Positions 19,412 through 30,145 of a stretch of 64,000 nt of DNA are shown here, one piece after another. Every line of letters starts with the position of its first letter. Within the stretch, counting starts at the first letter, position 1. Under the pieces are notes generated by a model, which was not told where the DNA came from, searched no databases, and was given only the letters and a program-made list of their open reading frames with translations. Source of the DNA: Gammaproteobacteria bacterium (GTDB lineage Bacteria > Pseudomonadota > Gammaproteobacteria > CAJXQU01); contig CBDEGZ010000003.1 in NCBI GenBank assembly GCA_965238175.1, positions 1,088,001-1,152,000 of the forward strand. The letters run 5' to 3'. A program made the translations under genes and the position numbers.

Positions 19412-20196
19412 GTAACTTTGGATTCCATCCAGATCAAACTTGCCATGCGTCCTGTTTTCGCACCATCGCGTCGATGTGAGTAAAACAGATCTGCATCACG
19501 ATAGGTGCAATATTGTCCGCCGTGGATCCGTTCTATTCCTTGTGCTTTTAGAATTAACATTGCGATCCGATAGAGACTGACTAACCAGTGATTTCGACTG
19601 GTTGGTATGAAAGTATCTTGTTCTAGAATACTTCCGATGTGATCAAAGGCAGATTTCACTTCAGCATCGATTTCGTAATTTCTTGCACTTATTGCTGGCC
19701 CCATCCAGACCATGAGTGATTTGGGCGATGAAGAAAACATGGGAATTGTTTCTTCGATAATTCCGGCTGCGAGTCCGCGCCATCCGGCATGAAGTGCCGC
19801 GATTTCTGTTCCTGTTTCATTACTGATCAAAATCGGCAAACAATCTGCTGTGAGTATGCCGCAAACAATACCTGGTTTAGTTGTGAAAACACCATCCGCA
19901 ATATTGTTCACTGTACTTTTTTTATCAGGCTTATGGTTATCAAGGTTGAGAATTTTATTTCCATGTACTTGTTTTAACCAAAAAGGTTCCGATGGTAAGT
20001 TGCGTACATCCACTAAATGTTTACGGTTAATTTGGACTATATTTGGATCATCCTCGACGTGGTTACCCAAGTTTAGAGAGTCATAATAACCTTGGCTATA
20101 GCCATATAGTCTAGTGCTAGTTCCAGCATATAAATTCGTGGGTGCAGGCCATTTGGATTCGATCCACGCTGGTTGTTGTTCAAGTATATCTGTCAT
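19408..20196 (-). CDS. pgeF: Peptidoglycan editing factor PgeF (YfiH)
   Basis: QVHG, TADCLP, HAGWRG and FYSHRR motifs. Confidence 0.95.
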   Translation of the reverse strand: MTDILEQQPAWIESKWPAPTNLYAGTSTRLYGYSQGYYDSLNLGNHVEDDPNIVQINRKHLVDVRNLPSEPFWLKQVHGNKILNLDNHKPDKKSTVNNIADGVFTTKPGIVCGILTADCLPILISNETGTEIAALHAGWRGLAAGIIEETIPMFSSSPKSLMVWMGPAISARNYEIDAEVKSAFDHIGSILEQDTFIPTSRNHWLVSLYRIAMLILKAQGIERIHGGQYCTYRDADLFYSHRRDGAKTGRMASLIWMESKVT

Positions 20197-21146
20197 GCAG
20201 TTTTTTGATTGGTTAGTTTGATAATCAAGTTTTTCATATCATCTGGTAAAGGTGCGATCCAATTTAGGACTTCTTTTGTTGCCGGATGTTCTAGTGTTAA
20301 TTGTGTTGAGTGAAGCGCTTGTCGGTTAAAGTTTGACAATACTTTGACCAGATCCTTTGCCAAATCTTTATGTGGCTTTGACCGGCTACCATAGACTGGG
20401 TCACCTACAATTGGGAAGTTGATATGTGCCAAATGAACTCTAATTTGATGCGTTCTACCAGATTCTAATTGTACTTTGAGATGCGTGTGTGCAGGAAATT
20501 TTGATTCGCAACGATAATGTGTTTTTGCGTTTTTCCCGTTTTCAACGACAGCCATTTTTATTCTTTGTGTTGGGTGTCTACCGATGGGTGCATCAATGCT
20601 TCCATCTGATAAAACTATTCCGTTAACAATCGTCTGGTATTCTCGTTTTAAAGAACGTGTTTGTAGTTGATCTACAAGAGAGGTATGTGCTCTTAACGAC
20701 CGTGCGACAACCATAATACCAGTAGTGTCTTTATCTAACCGATGTACGATGCCCGCTCGGGGTAGGTTTTCGAGTTTTTGATCGTAATGTAACAATGCGT
20801 TGACGAGCGTACCATCCGGATTACCTGCACCGGGGTGAACAACTAAATTTGCTGGCTTGTTGATGATAATCAGGTCATCGTCCTCATAAATTATGTCTAG
20901 CGGGATATTCTGTGCTTTCCACTCTATTTTTTGTTCAGGTTCCACCCAAATTTCAACCTGTTCTCCACCATATATCGTCATGGTCGGTCGAATTACCTTT
21001 TGATCTATGTGTACCTTTCCATCTAAAATCCAGCTTTTTAAGCTAGATCGAGAATAATCCGAGAAAATTTCAGCCAGTGCACGATCTAGCCGCCATCCGT
21101 CGTAACTTTCAGGGATAGTAGCAGTCAAATAAAGTTGTTCAGACAT
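20193..21146 (-). CDS. rluD: 23S rRNA pseudouridine synthase RluD
   Basis: S4 domain, HRLDKDTTG and GRTHQIRVH motifs; divergent from bamD. Confidence 0.96.
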   Translation of the reverse strand: MSEQLYLTATIPESYDGWRLDRALAEIFSDYSRSSLKSWILDGKVHIDQKVIRPTMTIYGGEQVEIWVEPEQKIEWKAQNIPLDIIYEDDDLIIINKPANLVVHPGAGNPDGTLVNALLHYDQKLENLPRAGIVHRLDKDTTGIMVVARSLRAHTSLVDQLQTRSLKREYQTIVNGIVLSDGSIDAPIGRHPTQRIKMAVVENGKNAKTHYRCESKFPAHTHLKVQLESGRTHQIRVHLAHINFPIVGDPVYGSRSKPHKDLAKDLVKVLSNFNRQALHSTQLTLEHPATKEVLNWIAPLPDDMKNLIIKLTNQKTA

Positions 21147-21197
21147 AAACGAACGAGAGTGTATCAGGAAGCACTCCTTATGCGCTAAAATATTGCT

Positions 21198-21998
21198 ATG
21201 AATTTAATTATTAATAATACGATCAAAAAATCACTCATACTCTTTTTTGTGCTGGCGCTTTCGAGTTGCTCGCTGTTTCCTGAGAAAAAAAGCGATGATG
21301 AAACAGAAAGTTGGTCTGCGGAACGGCTTTATTATGAGGCTAAAGATTCATTGGAATTAGGTTATTACGTTGAAGCCGTAGGTTATTATCAAAAACTTCA
21401 GGCTCGATATCCGTTTGGAAAATTTTCAAGACAAGCACAACTTGACCTGGCCTATTCGTATTACAAGCAAGATGAATCTGTTGCTGCAATAGCTGCTTGT
21501 AATCGTTTTATTAAGCTCTATCCAACACATCCAAGAGTCGATTATGCCTATTATTTGAAAGGACTTTCCTTATTCAATCAAGGCAAGGGTTTAATAGAGA
21601 GATATATCCCTAAAGATGACTCACAACGTGACCCAGGAGCTGCTTTGGGCGCCTTTAGAGAGTTTTCTGAACTGGCAAAGCGTTATCCAAACAGTGATTA
21701 TGTACCTGATGCTCGTCAGAGAATGGTTTATTTGCGAAATGGGCTTGCGCAGCATGAAGTGAATGTGGCGGAATATTATATGCGTAGGAATGCCTTTGTC
21801 GCTGCGGCAAACAGGGCGCGTTATGCGGTTGAGAATTATCAACAGGCACCGGCTATTCCTGATGCACTTATATTGATGGCAAAGGCCTATAAAGTGCTGG
21901 GAATGACGGATTTATCTAATGATGCAATTCGTGTTCTAGAGGAGAATTTTCCTAAACATCCCAAGATTGTCGAAGTTCAAGCTATAAGGATAAAGTAA
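21198..21998 (+). CDS. bamD: Outer membrane protein assembly factor BamD
   Basis: Lipobox LSSC, YPFG..QAQL and AAANRA motifs; conserved synteny with rluD. Confidence 0.95.
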   Translation: MNLIINNTIKKSLILFFVLALSSCSLFPEKKSDDETESWSAERLYYEAKDSLELGYYVEAVGYYQKLQARYPFGKFSRQAQLDLAYSYYKQDESVAAIAACNRFIKLYPTHPRVDYAYYLKGLSLFNQGKGLIERYIPKDDSQRDPGAALGAFREFSELAKRYPNSDYVPDARQRMVYLRNGLAQHEVNVAEYYMRRNAFVAAANRARYAVENYQQAPAIPDALILMAKAYKVLGMTDLSNDAIRVLEENFPKHPKIVEVQAIRIK

Positions 21999-22013
21999 CA
22001 AAAGCTGGAATGA

Positions 22014-22925
22014 TTATTTGATCAGGGAAGGCGTTTCTTTGTGCTCTTCTGCTATATCATCTGGATCTTCGTGTATTAAGATTTCAGAATTAGGAAAAAC
22101 GGCTTTTATTTGAGTTTCTACTTCTTCTGAAATTTGGTGGGCTTTTTTTAATGATAATGTTCCACTTAATTCTAAATGTAGTTGTATAAATAAGGTCTGA
22201 CCAGATAGACGAGTTCTAAGATCATGCATATTTATGATTTCAGAATGGTTGCTCACGATAGAAATTATCCTTTCGCGATCTTCATCTGATACTTCGTGAT
22301 CCATTAGGTGATCTATGGATTGTTTGACTATCCTCCATGCGTTATAGAGTACAAAACAAGAAACTCCTAAACCCAAAACCGGATCGGCCTGAACCCACCC
22401 AAAATTAGTATTTAGTACTAATGCTAGAATAACGAAAAGGTTGACTAGAAGATCACTCAGGTAATGTAAAGAATCAGCTCCAATGGCGAGGGAATTGGTT
22501 TTTTTTACAACGTAATGTTGATATTTAACAAGTCCAAAAGTTAGGCATATTGATATTACCATCACGATAATTCCAATGGAGGAATGAGTAACTGCTTGCG
22601 GATTTAGAAGTCGACCACCTGCTTCAAAAGTAAGGAAAAAAGCTGATCCGGAAATAAAAGCAGCTTGACCAAGACCTGCTATGGCTTCAGCCTTTCCATG
22701 GCCAAAGCGATGTTCATGATCTGCTGGTGTTAGTGAATGGCGTATCGCAACCAAGTTAATAATCGAAGCCGCCGCATCCAGAAGAGAATCAACTAGCGTG
22801 GCTAATAAAGCAATGGAATTTGTTAGTAGAAAGGCAACAAGTTTGAGAACGATCAAAAAGCAAGCAACACTAATAGACGCGATAGATGCTTTTCTAATTA
22901 AATTCGAATTTTCATCATCTAGCAT
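22014..22925 (-). CDS. fieF: Cation diffusion facilitator (FieF/YiiP-like)
   Basis: DSLLD, HRFGHGKAE, ADSLHY..D and IHEDP motifs. Confidence 0.88.
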   Translation of the reverse strand: MLDDENSNLIRKASIASISVACFLIVLKLVAFLLTNSIALLATLVDSLLDAAASIINLVAIRHSLTPADHEHRFGHGKAEAIAGLGQAAFISGSAFFLTFEAGGRLLNPQAVTHSSIGIIVMVISICLTFGLVKYQHYVVKKTNSLAIGADSLHYLSDLLVNLFVILALVLNTNFGWVQADPVLGLGVSCFVLYNAWRIVKQSIDHLMDHEVSDEDRERIISIVSNHSEIINMHDLRTRLSGQTLFIQLHLELSGTLSLKKAHQISEEVETQIKAVFPNSEILIHEDPDDIAEEHKETPSLIK

Positions 22926-23043
22926 TCGTTAAATATAACATTTTAATGCTTTTCGCAATAAGGGATGTTTATGACTTATTAACTCAGGATGCTGTGACAA
23001 ACGTGGAGGGGGACATTTGGGAGTTGATTCTCTAGGAAAACAA

Positions 23044-23082
23044 TATACAGGACATTCAACTTAAATATTGAACGCCCTGTAT
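23044..23082 (-). terminator. Probable terminator hairpin downstream of the repeat protein
   Basis: Imperfect inverted repeat ATACAGG..TTCAA / TTGAA..CCTGTAT. Confidence 0.45.
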
Positions 23083-23119
23083 GTTTTATTTCTAACGCAT
23101 ATTATATGCCTGAGCGACA

Positions 23120-25507
23120 TTAATCTGGTTTGATTAGATCCCAAGTAAGGTCGCCGAGAGTATTTACACCTTGATTTGTAATTATTGATACTCCATCCAT
23201 ATGGTAGTGATGGTTAAACCCGAAGACTTCATTACGCCAGAAAATATCATCTTTACCATCTCCATTATAGTCAGCAACGGCTTCAATGTTCCATGCAAGA
23301 GCGGTAAAGGCTACATGTTGTCCCGGTCCACCATTAGTTGAATTTACGATAGTAATACTATTCATAAGATATATCCATACTCGACCATTAGTATTATTTC
23401 TCCATAGAATGTCGGTTATACCATCGTTATTGAAGTCTCCAACACTTGGAATATCCCAGTTTTCACTAGTGAAAGCAACATGTTCGCCAGCACCTGCACC
23501 ATTGATTATAGTATTACCATCCATAAGGTACATCCAAACGCGTCTATTTACATCATGACGCCACAGGATATCTGCCTTGTTATCATTGTTGAAATCCCCG
23601 ATACCGGCAACCTTCCAATTTAAATCATTGACCGTATTAACAGACTGTTCTCCGGTTACGGTTGAATTGGACATGAAAGCGACACGGTTTTCTCCAGTAA
23701 CTTTATTACGAATAAGAATGTCATCGAAGTTGTCGTTATCAAAGTCGCCTACACCTACAATGTCCCAGTTAAGATCTGTTGTTAAGCCGGTTATGGCAAT
23801 GGTACTCAATGGCGCTGCACCATTCATAAAGGTGATCTGCGAAGCCCCTGTAGTTTTATTACGCCACACAATGTCAGATTTTATGTCATTATTGAAATCG
23901 CCAATACCCAGAGCTTCCCAGTTAGTATCATTCAGTACGTTTAGCGCGGTATCAGATGCCACAATTAGGCCATTCATAAGATAGACTTTATTGGCTGCGG
24001 ACACGCTGTTACGCCAAAGGACATCTGAGGTGCCATCTCCATCAAAATCGTTACGCCCTTTTAGTCGTGATACCAGACTAATATCATTAGGGAACAGGTA
24101 GATATCACTAACATTTGATGAGTGGGTATCTGTAGGAACTAGGCTACCTTCAGCTGTAAAAACAATGAAACTGCCATCCGATGAAAGGTTGGCTGTAGTA
24201 TTGGCACCAGTAGCTTCAGCCCCAGTTGAATGAAGACTCACTCGTGTTGTTACGTTAGCAACAAGATCGTGGAGAAAAATGTCGTTGTTGCCATTTGTGT
24301 CACCTGGAACTAAATTTGTTGCAATACTATGAAAAACTACAAACCGTCCGTCAGTTGAAATTTCAGGCTCTCTGCTGGTTCCATCACCTTGGACACCGTT
24401 CGATGAAACACTAACACGAGTATACTGTCGCGATATTGTATCAAAAACAAATGCATCTCGTACACCATTAGTGTCTCCCGGTACAAGATCTCTTCTAAAA
24501 CTTTCAAAAGCGACACGAACACCATTGGCAGAAACTGAAGGAAACCGACTGTCTGTGAATCCACGGCTATCTGCTGAACCGTTTGTAATTGGGATAGTAA
24601 TACCTGAATCCATATTGCGAAGGAAAACATCTCTTACAGTATCATTCGGGTTACCACCTAGATTACTTGCATTACTAGCAAATACGACTACATTACCAAA
24701 ATTAGATATGTCTGCATCAAGACTTCTACTATTACCTTTACCATTGGCTCCAGTACTAACGAGTTCAGTTGTTCCTGTTGCTATTTCGTAGCGGAATACA
24801 TCTGAACTAAATCTTGTGGTCGTAGCATCGGTATCCACAGCCAGAATATTATTAGCCAAACTTTCATAGACAATAAATTGCCCATTTGCTGAGATAGAAG
24901 GTAGTGTACTTTGACTATTTCCAGAGGTACAAGCACCACCACATGAGGTATTTCCACCAGCCACACTTATTAATCTTGTTGTGTTATTAACCATGTCACG
25001 TAAAAAGATTTGTTGAGGGCGTTCACAATTAAGATTCAGTGAATCTCCAGGGTTAGATGGAACGGGACATCCGGCAGGAATAAGTGCCGCATCAGGATCT
25101 GCTATAAGTCCAGAATAAGTATCACTGGTTAGATTTTGAGCTCGACTTGCATAAACAATAAAGCGACCGTCGTCGGACATATCGGAAAATACACTTCCAG
25201 CATCAGCGGTAGCTCCACTAGCGCCCGATGCTCTACTGACTAGCTCTGTTGTTCCCATTGTTCGATCACGCCGGAATATATCTTGTGTAGTCCCATTAGT
25301 GTCGTCACTAGTAATATCTGATGCATTACTCTCAAAGACAACATAACGCCCATCAGATGATACAGAAGGTTCTCTACTCGGTTGATTGGTGTTAATCGTA
25401 CCAGTAACTGGTCCCAGACTAATGCGCTCTATAGCTATTGCGCTTGATGATGTGAATGATGCTAGAAGTAGCACAATATGTGATATGTTGGGTTTCATGT
25501 TATCCAT
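23120..25507 (-). CDS. Secreted protein with TolB/PD40-like beta-propeller and FG-GAP/VCBS repeats
   Basis: Signal peptide. N-terminal P-S-I/V-S-x-D/N-G-R-F/Y-V-V-F repeats with DTNG..DIF, and C-terminal GDFNND..DI(L/V)WR repeats. Confidence 0.85.
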   Translation of the reverse strand: MDNMKPNISHIVLLLASFTSSSAIAIERISLGPVTGTINTNQPSREPSVSSDGRYVVFESNASDITSDDTNGTTQDIFRRDRTMGTTELVSRASGASGATADAGSVFSDMSDDGRFIVYASRAQNLTSDTYSGLIADPDAALIPAGCPVPSNPGDSLNLNCERPQQIFLRDMVNNTTRLISVAGGNTSCGGACTSGNSQSTLPSISANGQFIVYESLANNILAVDTDATTTRFSSDVFRYEIATGTTELVSTGANGKGNSRSLDADISNFGNVVVFASNASNLGGNPNDTVRDVFLRNMDSGITIPITNGSADSRGFTDSRFPSVSANGVRVAFESFRRDLVPGDTNGVRDAFVFDTISRQYTRVSVSSNGVQGDGTSREPEISTDGRFVVFHSIATNLVPGDTNGNNDIFLHDLVANVTTRVSLHSTGAEATGANTTANLSSDGSFIVFTAEGSLVPTDTHSSNVSDIYLFPNDISLVSRLKGRNDFDGDGTSDVLWRNSVSAANKVYLMNGLIVASDTALNVLNDTNWEALGIGDFNNDIKSDIVWRNKTTGASQITFMNGAAPLSTIAITGLTTDLNWDIVGVGDFDNDNFDDILIRNKVTGENRVAFMSNSTVTGEQSVNTVNDLNWKVAGIGDFNNDNKADILWRHDVNRRVWMYLMDGNTIINGAGAGEHVAFTSENWDIPSVGDFNNDGITDILWRNNTNGRVWIYLMNSITIVNSTNGGPGQHVAFTALAWNIEAVADYNGDGKDDIFWRNEVFGFNHHYHMDGVSIITNQGVNTLGDLTWDLIKPD

Positions 25508-25891
25508 CCTCTGGTAGTTGTTGTTTTTTTCGAAACAAAATAGATACCCATACTAATGTGGGAAATCAATCAAACTTCGGCTCCTGATGCTAATGTTAAA
25601 CGAATACTTTATGCACAGGCTATTGTAAATTTGTAATATTTTGTAGAATTATGAAAAGTAGCCAAAAATTAGTTCTATGGACTAACTATCATTGGTGATT
25701 GGACAGAGGAATAAAAATATAGTTCTCTATAATAAAGATTGAACAGTGAATTTTCTCAACAGATTTTCGAAATTTAGTGATATGTTTCCAATTGATTATT
25801 AATTACTTGTCAAAATTAGGTATACCATTAAGCTCTGGTTTACTGTGATCGAAGAAACTGGACAGTAAGATTACGAGTGAGGAGAAGGTTT

Positions 25892-26515
25892 ATGAAACAC
25901 ACCAAGCGTTTTTCATTATTAGGTTTTTGTCTATTCATGGTTGCATGCGTAACTGTCAACGTCTATTTTCCTGCGGCGGCAGCTGAGAAAGCCGTAGATA
26001 AGTTTGTGAAAGAAGTATATGGCGAAGAATCAAAAGTTCCAGAAGATCAAGAAGGATCTGATGGATTTCAAGAAGATAACACTTCTTCTGAAAAGAGACT
26101 TCCTGATATGATAGAGGCAGGTTTTGCAGGTTTGATTGAGATTGTGATCCCTGTTGCAATTGCAGCCCAACCAAACATTGATATCGCGACACCTGCAACA
26201 AATAAGCTAAAAGGATCTATGACCGCACGTCATCAACAACTTGCACCATTTTATGCAAGCGGTGCTGTTGGTATGACAGGAAATGCTTTGCTTGTTGTGC
26301 GAGATGCAAAAGCGATCTCTCTCAAACAAAGGAATACGGTCAAACAGTTTGTTGCAGATGAAAATCGTGATCGTAACCAGCTTTATAAAGAGATTGCTGT
26401 TGCTAATAAGCATCCTGAATGGGAAGGCGAGATACGTAGTTTGTTCGCTAGACGATGGGTTGCAAATGCTCCTGGTGGTTGGTGGTATGAGAATGGTGGC
26501 TGGCAGCAGAAATAG
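25892..26515 (+). CDS. YdbL/DUF1318-family lipoprotein
   Basis: ACVTVNVYFPAAAAEKA N-terminus, EN.DR..LY.EIA..N motif and GWW..W C-terminus. Confidence 0.8.
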   Translation: MKHTKRFSLLGFCLFMVACVTVNVYFPAAAAEKAVDKFVKEVYGEESKVPEDQEGSDGFQEDNTSSEKRLPDMIEAGFAGLIEIVIPVAIAAQPNIDIATPATNKLKGSMTARHQQLAPFYASGAVGMTGNALLVVRDAKAISLKQRNTVKQFVADENRDRNQLYKEIAVANKHPEWEGEIRSLFARRWVANAPGGWWYENGGWQQK

Positions 26516-26606
26516 CAGCCAATAAATTTCATAGAATTTTTACTATCAAGAAGATGCTTGATGCAATATCCTGCCACCGTTTTTTTATTGGAAATATCAA
26601 AGTCAC

Positions 26607-27944
26607 ATGGCACGCCGACGTAAACGATTATCCCGAGATCCTATAGAAGCATCTGTTGATACCCTCTCGCACGAAGGAAGGGGAGTTGCTAACTGTAATG
26701 GAAAGGTAACATTCATTGATGGTGCGCTACCAGGCGAGAAAGTGACCTTTCAACTAACCAATCGACGCAAAACATTCGATGAAGGTAAAGTTATTGAGGT
26801 TCTAGAGCCTTCGGATGATCGTATTGAAGCTAAATGCCAACATTATGGAATTTGTGGTGGTTGTAGCCTGCAGCATTTGAGTTCCGAAGATCAAATCAAA
26901 CATAAACAGTCTGTATTATTAGAACAGTTTGAGCATATTGGTAAGGTATCACCTGATGAAGTTTTACCACCACTGAAATCACCGCTCTGGGGGTATCGCC
27001 GAAAAGCTCGGTTGGGCGTTAAATACGTGCCTAAAAAAGGAGGCGTGCTTGTTGGTTTTCGCGAAAAAGCCAGTCCCTATCTTGCGGACATGACCCAGTG
27101 TGAAATTCTTGATCCATCGGTAGGCTATCGTTTGATGGCGTTGCGCGAAGTGATAGCAAGCTTGACAGTTAAAGAACGCTTACCACAAATTGAAGTTGCT
27201 ATTGGTGATCAGGAAAAGGGTTTGATTTTTCGCCATTTAGATCCATTAACTGAAGATGATCGAGTGAAACTATCAAAGTTTGGAGAAACGCATCAATTTG
27301 TTATCTATTTACAACCAAAAGGACCGGACACTGTTCATCAGATTTTTCCGGAAGTGCAAATTGATTTAAGTTATCAACCCGGTAATGATGAACCCATCTT
27401 GCATTTCTTACCATCGGATTTTACACAAGTGAATGCGTCTATTAATAAAAATATGATTGCGTGTGTTTTAGAAATTATGCAGCCAGATAAAAACGATCGT
27501 ATTCTGGATTTGTTTTGCGGACTGGGTAATTTCTCCCTTTCTATCGCAAAGCGAGCCGCTTATGTTTTAGGTGTTGAAGGCGAAGCTGGATTAGTAAAAC
27601 GTGCCGAAGAAAATGCCCAACGAAATCAACTCGACAATGTTGAGTTTGTTTGTGCTGATTTGACGAAGAACGATCAAGTAGAAACAATTGAAGCTGGAAA
27701 CTTTAATAAAGTATTGCTTGACCCTGCGCGCAGTGGCGCACAAGAGATCATAGAAAAAATGAGTTTCTCAGGTGTTGAACAAGTAATCTACGTTTCATGC
27801 AATCCTGCAACATTGGCAAGAGACGCGGGTGTTTTGGTGAAAGAAAAAGGATATAAAATGATCAAGGCTGGGATTATGGATATGTTTCCGCACACCACGC
27901 ATGTAGAATCAATCGCTGTTTTTCAACGTGTTAAAAAAGCTTAA
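26607..27944 (+). CDS. rlmD: 23S rRNA (uracil-1939-C5)-methyltransferase
   Basis: TRAM domain, C..YG.CGGC Fe-S motif, LDLFCGLG, YVSCNP and FPHTTHVES motifs. Confidence 0.96.
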   Translation: MARRRKRLSRDPIEASVDTLSHEGRGVANCNGKVTFIDGALPGEKVTFQLTNRRKTFDEGKVIEVLEPSDDRIEAKCQHYGICGGCSLQHLSSEDQIKHKQSVLLEQFEHIGKVSPDEVLPPLKSPLWGYRRKARLGVKYVPKKGGVLVGFREKASPYLADMTQCEILDPSVGYRLMALREVIASLTVKERLPQIEVAIGDQEKGLIFRHLDPLTEDDRVKLSKFGETHQFVIYLQPKGPDTVHQIFPEVQIDLSYQPGNDEPILHFLPSDFTQVNASINKNMIACVLEIMQPDKNDRILDLFCGLGNFSLSIAKRAAYVLGVEGEAGLVKRAEENAQRNQLDNVEFVCADLTKNDQVETIEAGNFNKVLLDPARSGAQEIIEKMSFSGVEQVIYVSCNPATLARDAGVLVKEKGYKMIKAGIMDMFPHTTHVESIAVFQRVKKA

Positions 27945-28700
27945 AAACCTGTCGAATTTTTTAATACTATTCTTACTATTTTTTGTTTCGAGTTCTACTG
28001 ATCACACCTCATCAGAAAATATCCATTTTGGTTTATCGACAGATCTTGTAACACTTGATCCTCGTTTTGCGACGGATGCTATTTCAAATCGAATCAATCG
28101 TCTTATATTTATAAAAAGTTGGTTAGTTTTGATCAAAACTATCAAGCCATTCCTGATCTTGCAACGTGGAAAAAATATCAAAAAAAAATACTAATTCACT
28201 TTAGGAGAACTTGAGCGTCACTTTCATGAGGTACAAAACTGACGTCGGAAGATGTTCGAATTTCCTATGAGTCAGTAATAGATAAAAAAACAACTTCTCC
28301 ACATCGTGGTGTTTTACAGATGATAGAAAGAATCGAAACGCTTGATAATGAAACGATTAATTATTTATCTAAATAAAGTTGATCTGTTCTTTTCAGGACG
28401 GTTAACTTTAGGCATCTTGTTGGCACATTTGATCAAGTAAAAACACAGGTTTAATAAACAACCTGATAGAAGTGGGCTGATTAAATTTATGCTATGGCCT
28501 CAATCTAAAAGTTTATTATCGTAAAAGATTTCACTGTTCGTGTATTAAAATTGGTTCGCGAGGAATTGGATTTATTTCAAGGAGGTATTCCACAAGAAAT
28601 GTTAGGTTGGTTGGAAAAATAGTCTAAAGTGGTTATCAAACAAAACCATTGGTGATTACAATGGTTTATTTACAATTAAAAAACTGATTAGCGACCCGTA
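27928..28700 (+). pseudogene. Peptide ABC transporter substrate-binding protein (family 5) pseudogene
   Basis: LDPRFATDA, PDLATW and TKLTSEDV..SPHRG segments lie in shifting frames with several stops. Confidence 0.8.
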
Positions 28701-28711
28701 GGATAATATAG

Positions 28712-29194
28712 ATGCATATTGAAATAAGTATTTCTGATCAGAAGCTTTGGTTAAAAGAGGAAGAAAAAATACTTGCAGAGTATCTTGTTTCGACTGCAAA
28801 AAATGGTAGCGGTGAAATAATGCACAGCGAATGTACCCCGAGAGGTGTGCACGAAGTTGTGGAGTTATTTGGTGCTGATCAAGCCAGAAATACTGTTTTT
28901 GTTGGACGAGAAAAAACGGGCGAAATTTATACTCCATCTTTAAAACAGAAACATCCAGATCGTGATTGGATTTTGACAAGAATAATTCGATTGGCAGGTT
29001 GCGAGCCAGGAAAAAATCAGGGAGAGGAACTAGATACTTATAATCGATATATTTACATTCATGGCTCTCCTGACGATGTTGAAATGGGTAAACCAGGTTC
29101 ACATGGCTGTGTCAGGATGAAGAATGAGGAGGTGATCGAATTATTTGATCAAATCACTATAGGGACAAAAGTGATAATTAAAGAGAATTTTTAG
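28712..29194 (+). CDS. L,D-transpeptidase (YkuD domain)
   Basis: IYIHG..GSHGCVRM catalytic motif. Confidence 0.93.
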   Translation: MHIEISISDQKLWLKEEEKILAEYLVSTAKNGSGEIMHSECTPRGVHEVVELFGADQARNTVFVGREKTGEIYTPSLKQKHPDRDWILTRIIRLAGCEPGKNQGEELDTYNRYIYIHGSPDDVEMGKPGSHGCVRMKNEEVIELFDQITIGTKVIIKENF

Positions 29195-29209
29195 GGTTTA
29201 TTTAGTTAA

Positions 29210-30145
29210 GTGGCTATTTTAAAGGAAAACCAGACCAGAATAGGAATTGATCTTGGTGGTACTAAGATTGAAATTATTGCCTTAAATAATTCTGGAGAAA
29301 TTATCCATCAACGACGCGTTGCAACGCCAACAGGAAACTATGCAGAGACGATAAATGTAATTGCTAGTTTGGTCATTGAATTTGAACAGGAATTTAATTG
29401 CCAGGCATTGGTTGGAATCGGTATGCCCGGCACAATATCGTCTGCTACTGGCAAAGTGAAAAATTCGAATTCAGTTTGTTTCAATGGGAAACCGTTTAAA
29501 GAAGATCTTGAATTGCGACTAAACCGATCAATCAAGCTTGAGAATGATGCGAATTGTTTTGCACTTTCAGAATCCATTGACGGTGCGGCAGCCGGAGCAA
29601 AGGTAGTGTTTGGTGTTATTTTAGGGACCGGAGTTGGTGGTGGGTTGATAGTCAATCAAGAAGTTATCAGTGGACCTAACTCGATAACAGGTGAATGGGG
29701 ACATAACTCGTTACCTTGGCCTGGCGAAGATGAATCTTTAAACCTAGTGAGTTGTTATTGCGGTAAAAAAGGTTGTATTGAAACCTGGCTTTGTGGAAAT
29801 GGTTTGTCGAATATTTATGATCGTTTATCTAGTCAAAGATATTCTGCAAAAGAAATAGTTGAAAAAGCCAATGGTGGGGATAAATATGCCCAAGAGGCTT
29901 TACTTGAATATACTCGACGGCTGGCAAAGGCTTTGGCCTTTGTGATAAATGTAATAGATCCTGATGTGATAGTTTTGGGTGGTGGCTTATCGAATATTAA
30001 ACAAATCTATACCAGCGTTCCTGATTTGTTGGACGAGTATGTCTTTTCTGATCGGGTCGATACGCTGTTAGTTTCTGCGAAGTTTGGTGATGCGAGTGGC
30101 GTTCGCGGGGCGGCTTGGCTTAATAATGATCTTTTGAAAAATTAA
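29210..30145 (+). CDS. mak: ROK-family sugar kinase (Mak/fructokinase-like)
   Basis: IGIDLGGTK, ENDANC, GEWGH and CYCG..GCIET motifs. Confidence 0.85.
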   Translation: MAILKENQTRIGIDLGGTKIEIIALNNSGEIIHQRRVATPTGNYAETINVIASLVIEFEQEFNCQALVGIGMPGTISSATGKVKNSNSVCFNGKPFKEDLELRLNRSIKLENDANCFALSESIDGAAAGAKVVFGVILGTGVGGGLIVNQEVISGPNSITGEWGHNSLPWPGEDESLNLVSCYCGKKGCIETWLCGNGLSNIYDRLSSQRYSAKEIVEKANGGDKYAQEALLEYTRRLAKALAFVINVIDPDVIVLGGGLSNIKQIYTSVPDLLDEYVFSDRVDTLLVSAKFGDASGVRGAAWLNNDLLKN

